Origin: Acidimicrobiales bacterium
GTDB taxonomy: Bacteria; Actinomycetota; Acidimicrobiia; Acidimicrobiales; JBBSGY01
Direction of reading: 5' to 3'
NCBI GenBank assembly: GCA_044220495.1
Contig: JBGAQY010000004.1
Coordinates: 11,069 to 75,068 of the forward strand
Length of the DNA: 64,000 nt
Of this stretch, positions 8,957 to 16,611 are shown piece after piece. The notes beneath the pieces are model-generated. The model ran no database searches and was not told where the DNA came from. It was given only the letters and a program-made list of their open reading frames with translations. Position numbers and translations under genes: made by a program. How positions within the stretch are numbered: the stretch's first letter is position 1; each line of letters opens with the position of its first letter.

Positions 8957-9904
8957 ATGCCCGCAGTCACCGTTTCTGATCCGCTAACCCTTCCTCGAGT
9001 TTCGGTGCCCGAGATCGCTGCGTTGCCGCGTGGAGTCGTGTCGGTGACGACGGCACCGTCAGGCTACGAAGGCGAGGGCTTCCCCGTGCGCCGTGCCTTT
9101 GCTGGCGTGAGTCAGCGTTACCTCGACCCCTTCATCCACATGGACCAGATGGGTGAGGTCGAATATGCACCGGGCGAACCCAAGGGCACCCCGTGGCATC
9201 CACATCGAGGTTTCGAGACTGTCACGTATCTGCTCGATGGAACTTTTGTGCACCAAGATTCGAACGGTGGTGGCGGCGTCATCACCAACGGAGCAACTCA
9301 GTGGATGACGGCCGGCTCGGGTTTGCTGCACATCGAAGCTCCGCCTGAAGAGTTGGTTGTGAGTGGCGGACTGTTCCACGGAATTCAGCTGTGGGTGAAC
9401 TTGCCGTCTGCGTCGAAGATGACAACGCCGCGCTATCAAAACCTCGAAGCCGAAGAGGTGTCGTTGCTGACATCGCCCGATGGTGGTTCGCTCATTCGTT
9501 TGATCGCCGGTGAGCTTGGCGGTTACCGCGGACCGGGTTCTACACACAGCCCAATCACGTTCGTGCATGCAACCGTTGAGCCGGGCGCTGAACTCGAACT
9601 GCCGTGGGACCCTGAATTCAACGCACTTGTTTATGTGTTGTCGGGCCAAGGTGTTGTTGGCGCCGATTCGCGTCCGATTCATACCGGACAACTTGCTGTG
9701 TTGAGCGAGGGTGACACTGTTCGTGTGCGCGCCGATGAACAACAAGAGAGCCGTCATCCGGCCCTCGACGTGTTGGTGTTGGGTGGGCGGCCCATTGGTG
9801 AACCCGTTGCTTGGTATGGACCGTTCGTCATGAACACCGAAGCCGAAGTGCGTCAAGCAATGCTCGACTTTCACGCCGGCCGTTTGGGCACTATCCCGGA
9901 GTAA
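8957..9904 (+). CDS. pirin-family cupin protein
   Basis: Contains GFPVRRAF...DPFIHMDQMG...WHPHRGFETVTYLLDG...HQDS, the pirin metal-binding His cluster. I chose ATG 8957, preceded by GGAG at 8947-8950, over the track start at 8792. Confidence 0.85.
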   Translation: MPAVTVSDPLTLPRVSVPEIAALPRGVVSVTTAPSGYEGEGFPVRRAFAGVSQRYLDPFIHMDQMGEVEYAPGEPKGTPWHPHRGFETVTYLLDGTFVHQDSNGGGGVITNGATQWMTAGSGLLHIEAPPEELVVSGGLFHGIQLWVNLPSASKMTTPRYQNLEAEEVSLLTSPDGGSLIRLIAGELGGYRGPGSTHSPITFVHATVEPGAELELPWDPEFNALVYVLSGQGVVGADSRPIHTGQLAVLSEGDTVRVRADEQQESRHPALDVLVLGGRPIGEPVAWYGPFVMNTEAEVRQAMLDFHAGRLGTIPE

Positions 9905-9910
9905 GCGGCG

Positions 9911-10900
9911 CTAGGCGAGACTGAAGCTAGGTGCCTTGCCGGAGTCGACAAAGTCTTTGGGTAGTCGAAGATGTTTCGGCTGGAGCGGCTCGATGTGTAC
10001 GGGAGTGATTTCTGCCCGCTGCATCACCTGGCTTTGGCCGATTGCTAGTAAGGCTTCTTCTTCGGCGACTCGAATTCGGCGCTCCGCCGGCGAAAGCTGA
10101 TTCAGTTCCGCTTTTGGCGTGTGGAGAGGGAACAAGTAACGCACGTTGCCGGGCGACATGTAGGTTCTGACTCCGACGATGAACAGCGCGCGGTGATACC
10201 AGTCGAGTACGGGTTCGTCGGCTTGGCGTTCGGGTGCTCCGAACTCGAGCAGCCGTTCTTCAACTGAGTTGCCGGTGCCGTTTTTCAGCTTGTCGACTGA
10301 GCGCGGGTGAATCAGCGTGCCATCAGGCAACACAAGACAGCGATCTTTGCTCGCACGTCCGGTGCAGATGGCGTTACTGGCTCGATATATCTGGCCCCAA
10401 TGGCCGGGAAAGACAAGCTTTCCCGAGAGTGTTGTGCGCGGGACTGAATCAGACATGGCAACGACGCCGCGCACGCCAGCTTTGCGCGCCAGCTCAAAAC
10501 CGCGATTTAGAAACCACGTCTCTCCGTTGAATCCAACCTCGTCGAGCAGCACGAAACGGCCGAGCTCGAGACTCTGTGTGTACTTGGTGAGTTTGGGGAA
10601 GGCGTTTGTGAGTACAAGCGGTTGCACGGGCGACGACAGCACGGCAACGCCTTGAAGGTCGTCGCCTTTGAAGAGTCCGAAGCGATGCACGTCGGCTACA
10701 AACGATCCTGAGTAGTGGTGCGTGACTACAAAGTCTTTAGCGGTTCGAAAGTCGATAGGAGCAACGTCGTATTGCTTGCTGTCGAAGGGTTGGCGATGAC
10801 ACACCCACTTCGTCTTGCGCTCGCGAGTCCTTTGATCAACTTGGTGCTCGTTAACGCCAATGGGCAACTCGAGCTGTACGGCTCCGTATGAATTCACCAC
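9911..10900 (-). CDS. Mom-like / GNAT-fold acyltransferase-type protein (candidate nucleic-acid modification enzyme)
   Basis: 329 aa. The motif series is AKDFVVTHHYSGS ... FGLFKGDDLQGVAVLSSP ... SLELGRFVLLDEVGFNGETWFL ... VVAMSDS...GHWGQIYRASN ... VRYLFPL. This follows the pattern I recall for Mom-family (phage Mu) adenine-modification homologues. Recognition is by eye only. Confidence 0.5.
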   Translation of the reverse strand: MVNSYGAVQLELPIGVNEHQVDQRTRERKTKWVCHRQPFDSKQYDVAPIDFRTAKDFVVTHHYSGSFVADVHRFGLFKGDDLQGVAVLSSPVQPLVLTNAFPKLTKYTQSLELGRFVLLDEVGFNGETWFLNRGFELARKAGVRGVVAMSDSVPRTTLSGKLVFPGHWGQIYRASNAICTGRASKDRCLVLPDGTLIHPRSVDKLKNGTGNSVEERLLEFGAPERQADEPVLDWYHRALFIVGVRTYMSPGNVRYLFPLHTPKAELNQLSPAERRIRVAEEEALLAIGQSQVMQRAEITPVHIEPLQPKHLRLPKDFVDSGKAPSFSLA

Positions 10901-11193
10901 AACCCCGTCGTGTCTCTTCCTGGTGCATGCGCGGTGAGCACTCCAAAGAACAGATCAGGTTCGTTGTTTGCAACGGCTGTGGTTGGTCGTGCGCCGGTGA
11001 CGACTTCGCCATGATCATTACTAAAACGTGTTGCGACCGCGTGTGCAGTTTGGAGGGTCGCGTCACTAAGGCGGTATGCGCTTTCGGTGATTGGCCGCGA
11101 CCGAGGCACGCCGTTGTCGTCCCAGTGAACAACGAGAACACGCGTTCCGGGTTGCCAAGTGAGGTCGACGATCGAGCCGGCGTTTGTGCGCAT
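10894..11193 (-). CDS. hypothetical protein, translationally coupled to the Mom-like gene
   Basis: The stop overlaps the start of the downstream Mom-like gene by 7 nt. Sampled third-codon positions are mostly G/C (14 of 18). The start is either ATG 11193 (100 aa) or ATG 11310 (138 aa, which would overlap the upstream gene). Confidence 0.45.
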   Translation of the reverse strand: MRTNAGSIVDLTWQPGTRVLVVHWDDNGVPRSRPITESAYRLSDATLQTAHAVATRFSNDHGEVVTGARPTTAVANNEPDLFFGVLTAHAPGRDTTGLW

Positions 11194-11269
11194 GCACCAA
11201 GAGTGGGTCGGGGTCGGGGAGTGCACCGAGGAAGTTTGGAGGCGGTTGGCACGCGCACCAAATCCGGCG

Positions 11270-11887
11270 CTATGTCGTGATGGTTGACGACTCTGTGCTT
11301 TGTGGTGCACGACGCTGGCGCAGTTGTGAGCGCCGAACGATAAGCAGAGTCACGAGCACGACGTTCATAAGGCCGACCGCAGCGGGGTAGACGGCTGTTG
11401 CAAGTGAAAGCTTGGCGAGAGCGATGATCGAGAGAGCGTGCTTGAGCATGCTGAGTTGGTGGGTGATCAGTGTTTCTTCATGGGGCTTGTTCCATGACTT
11501 GCGCAGCGTCGGGCCAAACGCCAAGAGGTCGATCAGTGTGACGAGGATGATCGAGAGCAGCGGACCATCAGTGGCGAGCCAAGCAAGCCCGGCAATTGCG
11601 CAGCCGACGAGACTTAACCAGTCGCTTCGGGTGATCTGCTTCTCACCGTGACTGATGGCTAGCAAAGTGATTACAACGCAGAGGGCCGCTGTTGTTCCGG
11701 TCGCCCATGTTCCGGGGCCTCCGCCGCTGACGACTTGACCGGCGAAGGCAATCGCGGTCATCGCCGTCCAGACGATCCACGTAAAGAGATGCGGTCGAGT
11801 CTTGTCGAGCCACGTGTCGCGAATGTATGGAACAAGGCTGACGATCGAGATGACAGCGGCAAGCGCGCCGAGCAGTTCTTTACTCAC
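11270..11887 (-). CDS. integral membrane protein (about 6 TM), unknown function
   Basis: 205-aa hydrophobic ORF (LGALAAVISIVSLVPYI, FTWIVWTAMTAIAFAG, LSIILVTLIDLLAFG). It lies 36 nt downstream of the RCC1-repeat gene on the same strand. Confidence 0.65.
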   Translation of the reverse strand: MSKELLGALAAVISIVSLVPYIRDTWLDKTRPHLFTWIVWTAMTAIAFAGQVVSGGGPGTWATGTTAALCVVITLLAISHGEKQITRSDWLSLVGCAIAGLAWLATDGPLLSIILVTLIDLLAFGPTLRKSWNKPHEETLITHQLSMLKHALSIIALAKLSLATAVYPAAVGLMNVVLVTLLIVRRSQLRQRRAPQSTESSTITT

Positions 11888-11923
11888 CCGGCCAACGTAC
11901 AGCCAGATGCCTGTTGGTCGAAG

Positions 11924-13615
11924 TTAGAAGCTCGGAACCGCCGTGTAGACGACACTCGAGCTGTAAGAGCCTGCTGTTGAGGTCGCAGCAATGGCTACGC
12001 CGTAACCGACACAGCGACTCTTGCTCGTAGTTCCAGCGGTGCCAATCAACACAGCTGAGTCTGTGTTGGTGAGCTTGGCCCAGGTGTTCGACGTAAACGC
12101 GGTAGATGCATCGCTAGACGTGTAGCCAAAGCCAGCAGTGCCAGCAACTGGCGCAGCACCAGGCGACGCGTTGGTTCCAGGCACATCAGCAACTGTTGAA
12201 CCACCAGATGTACGGAACGAGTTAGGCGTAGTACCCGATGTGCGGATGTAAACGGTGAATCCGTTTGCCGCGTTAGTTGCAAGAGTTAAATCTTGAGCAG
12301 CACCAGCAACTGCTGCTGATGTGAGATGTCCAAGACTTACAGCAGTCGATGTTGAACCAGTTTGAAATCCAGTGCCTGACTGTCCATTGCAAACAGTTCC
12401 ACGACCGGCAACGGTGAATGTGAGTGAAGGATCGACGATGCCGGTGATTGTCACTGATCCAGTCCCGACGAATAACCATGCAACCGTGGGTGCCGCTTGA
12501 GTTGCAGTTGCGTTGTTGCCAACTTCTCCGTCACCGCCGTATCCCCAACACTTCACGCCGCCGCCATCGGTTACGCCGCACCCGAACGTTGAGCCCGCTG
12601 ATATACGTTGCCACTTATAACTGCCAGTCAAGATGGTTGGCTGGCCTTCAATGTTGTTGCCTGTGCCGAGACCGAATCCGAGCGACGAACCCCAGCAGTA
12701 ACCGTCGCCAGTTGTTGAAACTCCGCACGCGAACTGTGAACCAACCTCAATGGACGCAAATAGCACGCCGCCGAGTGGGGTCACGGGCGTTGACGAGTCG
12801 GTCCAGTCGTTGACGCCAGTACCGAGCTGGTGTCCGTTGTTGCGTCCCCAACACCACGCAACGCCACCGCCGGTGAGCGCGCATGAACTTCCTTCGCCGG
12901 CTTTGATGGAGGTGAAAGTGTGTCCGCCGGCAACTGCTGTTGGCACCAAGCGGTCAGTTGTAGACGCGTCGCCTAGCTGTCCGCCGTTGTTGCGTCCCCA
13001 GCAATAAGCGGCGCCGCCCGTTGTGAGACCGCAGGTGTGATACCTACCGCCGTCGACTGATGCGAAAGTTAGACCGCCAGAAACGAGCGTGGGGCTGAGC
13101 GATGCGGTGGTGCTGTTGTTTCCAAGCTGGCCGTAAGTGTTGTCACCCCAGCAGTAAACAGCGCCTGACTCGAGGCCGCAGGTGTGTTCCCATCCCGCTG
13201 AGATCACGGAGAAGGTGTGCCCGCCCGTAACGGCTTGAGGTACGTCTGATCCCGACGTGGTTCCTGTTCCCATGTTGTTGCCGTTGCCCCAGCAATAGGC
13301 AGCGCCGCCTGTGGTGAGGGCGCACGTCATCGTTCCGCCTGCGGTTATGGAGCTCCAGGTGTGTCCGCCGGCGACGAGGGTGGGTATCGACTTGTTTGAC
13401 GGAGTGCCCGTGCCGTCGCCGAGTTTGCCGTATCCGTTTTGCCCCCAGCAGTACGCATCGCCCGAGAGTTCGAGTACGCAGTTGTGTGACTCGCTGGAGG
13501 TGACAGTGGCGGTGGCACCGAGGGCGAAGGCCGGTTTGGCGGGCGCGATGGCTAGAAGCAGGGTCGTCAAGACCATGGCTGCTGCTGAGCTCGCGAGAAT
13601 CCGCCTTAAATCCAC
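11924..13615 (-). CDS. secreted RCC1/BLIP-II repeat protein with C-terminal beta-rich domain
   Basis: 563 aa. It has a signal peptide (...APAKPAFA/LG) and about 7 repeats of the YCWGxNxxGQLGxG type. The C-terminal ~190 aa are Gly/Thr/Ser-rich and end with SYSSSVVYTAVPSF. Confidence 0.8.
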   Translation of the reverse strand: MDLRRILASSAAAMVLTTLLLAIAPAKPAFALGATATVTSSESHNCVLELSGDAYCWGQNGYGKLGDGTGTPSNKSIPTLVAGGHTWSSITAGGTMTCALTTGGAAYCWGNGNNMGTGTTSGSDVPQAVTGGHTFSVISAGWEHTCGLESGAVYCWGDNTYGQLGNNSTTASLSPTLVSGGLTFASVDGGRYHTCGLTTGGAAYCWGRNNGGQLGDASTTDRLVPTAVAGGHTFTSIKAGEGSSCALTGGGVAWCWGRNNGHQLGTGVNDWTDSSTPVTPLGGVLFASIEVGSQFACGVSTTGDGYCWGSSLGFGLGTGNNIEGQPTILTGSYKWQRISAGSTFGCGVTDGGGVKCWGYGGDGEVGNNATATQAAPTVAWLFVGTGSVTITGIVDPSLTFTVAGRGTVCNGQSGTGFQTGSTSTAVSLGHLTSAAVAGAAQDLTLATNAANGFTVYIRTSGTTPNSFRTSGGSTVADVPGTNASPGAAPVAGTAGFGYTSSDASTAFTSNTWAKLTNTDSAVLIGTAGTTSKSRCVGYGVAIAATSTAGSYSSSVVYTAVPSF

Positions 13616-13713
13616 ACTTCGGTATCGACGCGATTGGTCGCAAGCTGGAGCCCGTTGTTGCCTGGCGGTTGCTCGTTGCTCGGCGGGCCGAGACCGCCTA
13701 GCCCGCCGAGCCG

Positions 13714-13787
13714 CCTTTCAACTACCCCAAAAGCCCAAATTTCCGCCCAGAAAGGCCCACTTTTGGGCTTCTTGGGTACTTGAAAGG
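13714..13787. repeat. palindromic intergenic repeat, copy B (74 nt)
   Basis: The arms are cctttcaactaccccaaaagcccaaat and acttttgggcttcttgggtacttgaaagg, which are reverse complements of each other with a few mismatches. It sits in the divergent intergenic region between 13615 and 13880. Confidence 0.8.
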
Positions 13788-13879
13788 GGTGGCCACTGAG
13801 TTTGAAACGCTGGCTCTAGTCGGCCGAGGCAACGGTGGTGCTTATCCAATCACGCTGATATGCGTGCAAGCATGGGTCG

Positions 13880-14419
13880 ATGGCGCTGTTTTGGGTGACC
13901 GGCCTTCCGGGGGCAGGAAAATCGACTGTGTGTGCCGAGTTGCGGAGCCGAGGCTTCGCTGCGCTCGATACAGATGACGGCGAAGGTTTGTGTGAATGGC
14001 AAGACGCGGCGACGGGCGAGCCGGTCGAGTTTGTCCCGGCGTCAGACCGGCCTGCTGGATGGATTGATCGCAATCACTGGAGAATGAGCTCCGAACGAAT
14101 TCGTGAGTTGTCTGCGGATGCGACAAAGCAGCAAATGTTTGTCTGTGGCTCGGTGTCTAACAATGCCGATGTATGGAACTTGTTTGACGGCATTGTCTTT
14201 CTTGCCCTTGATGACGACCAGCTGCGCACTCGACTTACCGATCGAACCAACAACGATTTCGGAAAAGCTCCGGGAGAGCTCGAGTCGATGTTGTCGCTAA
14301 ATCAAACCGAGGAACGTGAGTTTCGAGGCTACGGCGCCCAGATTGTCGACGCGTCACGACCTGTGTCAGCGGTAGTTGAGGATGTGTTGGCGGCCACGGT
14401 CTATTCATTGCCGACCTGA
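13880..14419 (+). CDS. P-loop NTPase / small-molecule kinase-like protein
   Basis: 179 aa, with an N-terminal Walker A motif (VTGLPGAGKSTV). Its size is typical of shikimate/gluconate-kinase-like AAA_33 proteins. Confidence 0.6.
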   Translation: MALFWVTGLPGAGKSTVCAELRSRGFAALDTDDGEGLCEWQDAATGEPVEFVPASDRPAGWIDRNHWRMSSERIRELSADATKQQMFVCGSVSNNADVWNLFDGIVFLALDDDQLRTRLTDRTNNDFGKAPGELESMLSLNQTEEREFRGYGAQIVDASRPVSAVVEDVLAATVYSLPT

Positions 14420-14482
14420 ATCAGCAATCCGCAAAGAGACACCACGAATGCGTAAAGCATGTCGAGAAGGTTGCGTGCGAGG

Positions 14483-15556
14483 ATGGACCCCGTGAAACAC
14501 CTCTTCTTCGACGACTACTCCGAAGGCGCTCACCCCGAAGTGTTGGCGGCAATTGCGGCTGCCAACGAGGGGCAGCAGGCGGGTTACGCCAACGACGCGT
14601 ACTGCGCCGCAGCGGCCGAGTCGGTGCGAGAGAGTTTTGGTTTCAGCAACGCCGATGTTCATTTCGTTTCCGGAGCCACGCAAGCCAATCTGGTCGGCCT
14701 CTCGTCGATGCTTCGCTCTTACCAAGGTGTCATTGCTGCCGACTCGGGCCACATTGCAGTGCACGAGGCGGGCGCGGTGGAGGCAACCGGCCACAAGATC
14801 CTGACAGTCAAACATGAGCAAGGGAAGATCACGCCTGCGCTCGTGGACGAAGCGATGGCTACCCACGAAGACGAGCATTGCGTGATGCCGAAAGTGCTCT
14901 ATCTCACTCAGGCCACAGAGCTTGGGACGGTATACACACGCTCCGAGTTGGTCGCGCTCATTGCATCGGCAAGGCGTCACAATCTTTTTACGTATCTAGA
15001 TGGTGCGCGTTTGGCGATGGCGCTAGCTGCTGACGGAGTAGGCGTGGCGGCCGCTGACGTTGCCGACATCGGCATAGATATGTTGTGTATTGGTGGCACC
15101 AAAGTTGGCGGCATGTTCGGCGAAGCAATCGTTATTGCGAATGACGAGTTGAAGAGCGACTTTCGCTACCAGATCAAGCAACGCGGCGCATTGTTGGCAA
15201 AGAGTCGATTCATGGGCGCCCAGTTTCAGCGCTTTTTCGGTGGAGATGGCTTGTGGTTCGCACTAGGTGCCGAGTCGAACAAGCGCACGGCTGCGCTCGC
15301 CGAGGGTCTGGCTGAGCATGGTGTTGAACCCGTCTATCCGTGCGAAACGAATCAGCTATTTGTTGCCTTACCGAGACAGCTTGTTGCTGAACTTCAAAAG
15401 CAATTCGGCTTCTACCTCTGGGAGCAACATGTCGACGGGCGAGACGTGGTCCGGCTGGTTTGCGACTGGTCTACGCCGTGGGAGGCCGTTGCGCAGTTCT
15501 TGGCCGACTTTGCCGACCTGAGCAAGCGCCTCGATCTCTCGGTCGCGAAGCCATAG
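14483..15556 (+). CDS. threonine aldolase / beta-eliminating lyase family PLP enzyme
   Basis: Contains FFDDYSEGAHPEVLAAI...YANDAY...VHFVSGATQANL and GGTKVGG (PLP-lysine region). The start is either ATG 14483 or ATG 14459. Confidence 0.7.
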   Translation: MDPVKHLFFDDYSEGAHPEVLAAIAAANEGQQAGYANDAYCAAAAESVRESFGFSNADVHFVSGATQANLVGLSSMLRSYQGVIAADSGHIAVHEAGAVEATGHKILTVKHEQGKITPALVDEAMATHEDEHCVMPKVLYLTQATELGTVYTRSELVALIASARRHNLFTYLDGARLAMALAADGVGVAAADVADIGIDMLCIGGTKVGGMFGEAIVIANDELKSDFRYQIKQRGALLAKSRFMGAQFQRFFGGDGLWFALGAESNKRTAALAEGLAEHGVEPVYPCETNQLFVALPRQLVAELQKQFGFYLWEQHVDGRDVVRLVCDWSTPWEAVAQFLADFADLSKRLDLSVAKP

Positions 15557-15592
15557 GGCTGACAGCTCGCTCTTGTCCAGCGGTGATGGCTT

Positions 15593-16177
15593 TCACGTGC
15601 GGCCCTGTCGCGCCGCTGACCCATTGTTCGGTGTGAGCTTCGGTGAGCGGCGCCTTACTCCTTCGTTGTCTTTGAGTTCCTCGACCCACACGACGCGTTC
15701 GGCACCGGGGCCAAAGAAGTTGTCGTCGGTCTGGTACCGATTCCCGTAGCGCCGGTCCCAAAACGGATATCCGTGCTCACGATTGCGCGAGCCACTAACG
15801 ACGATGAGATGTGAGCAACCCAGTTGACGGATTCGGCGTTCGAGTTCGTCGACGAGGATTGTTCCGTAACCACGGCCGCGCTCGTCGGCTGCAACGTAGA
15901 CGTTCACCAGTTCTGCAGGCCGTTTGAAGCGGGCGGCGAGAGTGTCGTCGATGCCAACGGTGGTGAAACCCCCGACGCCTACCACCGAACCTTGGTCGTC
16001 TTCGACAACGACGTAGCTCTTGTCGGAACTTTCGGCGCTCGCCATCATGCGGACAATTGCTTGCTCGACGTTGTGGGTTCTGACGGGCCCGCCGACTTCG
16101 TCGCGCATCCAAGTTTCTAGGATGGTCTTCACGTCTGATATGTCGTCAGCCTCAAGACTGCGAACCCGTGCTTGCAT
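15593..16177 (-). CDS. GNAT family N-acetyltransferase
   Basis: The acetyl-CoA binding motif is VYVAADERGRGYGTILVDEL. I chose ATG 16177 because the longer track ORF (to 16285) would run into the RNase P RNA 3' end. Confidence 0.75.
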   Translation of the reverse strand: MQARVRSLEADDISDVKTILETWMRDEVGGPVRTHNVEQAIVRMMASAESSDKSYVVVEDDQGSVVGVGGFTTVGIDDTLAARFKRPAELVNVYVAADERGRGYGTILVDELERRIRQLGCSHLIVVSGSRNREHGYPFWDRRYGNRYQTDDNFFGPGAERVVWVEELKDNEGVRRRSPKLTPNNGSAARQGRT

Positions 16178-16220
16178 CGCATCAGTCTTGCAGAGCGTTT
16201 GACTGGGTCGGCAGTCGATA

Positions 16221-16569
16221 GTGATGGTGAGTCGGCCTGTAGGCGGGGTTCTGTCTGGTGCTTGCGCACTTGGGTGACCATCCATCTAAGCGGCCTACCT
16301 GAGAACGTTGGGCGGGCAGCCCGATCTCTACTTGGCCTTGCTCCGGGTGGGGTTTACCGAGCCGAACGAGTTGCCCCGAACGCTGGTGCGCTCTTACCGC
16401 ACCTTTTCACCCTTACCTGTGTCGGCGAGCCGATCATCGGCGGTTTGTTTTCTGTGGCACTTTCCTGCAGATCACTCTGACTGGCTGCTAGCCAGCACCC
16501 TGCCCTGTGGAGCCCCGACCTTCCTCGACGAACACGTTCGCCGCGATCACCCGGCCAACTCACCATCAC
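16221..16569 (-). ncRNA. rnpB: RNase P RNA, bacterial type A
   Basis: The reverse strand contains GAGGAAGGUCGGGGCUCCACAGGGCA (P4 5' strand), CAGGAAAGUGCCACAGAAAA, GGUAAGGGUGAAAAGGUGCGGUAAGAGCGCACCAG, GUAAACCCCACCCGGAGCAAGGCCAAGUAG and ACAGAACCCCGCCUACAGG. The 5' end GUGAUGGUGAGUUGGCC pairs almost perfectly with the 3' end GGCCGACUCACCAUCAC to form P1. Confidence 0.9.
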
Positions 16570-16611
16570 GCCCATTCTTGCCGATCGGCGTGGGGCTTGC
16601 TGACCTGGCCA

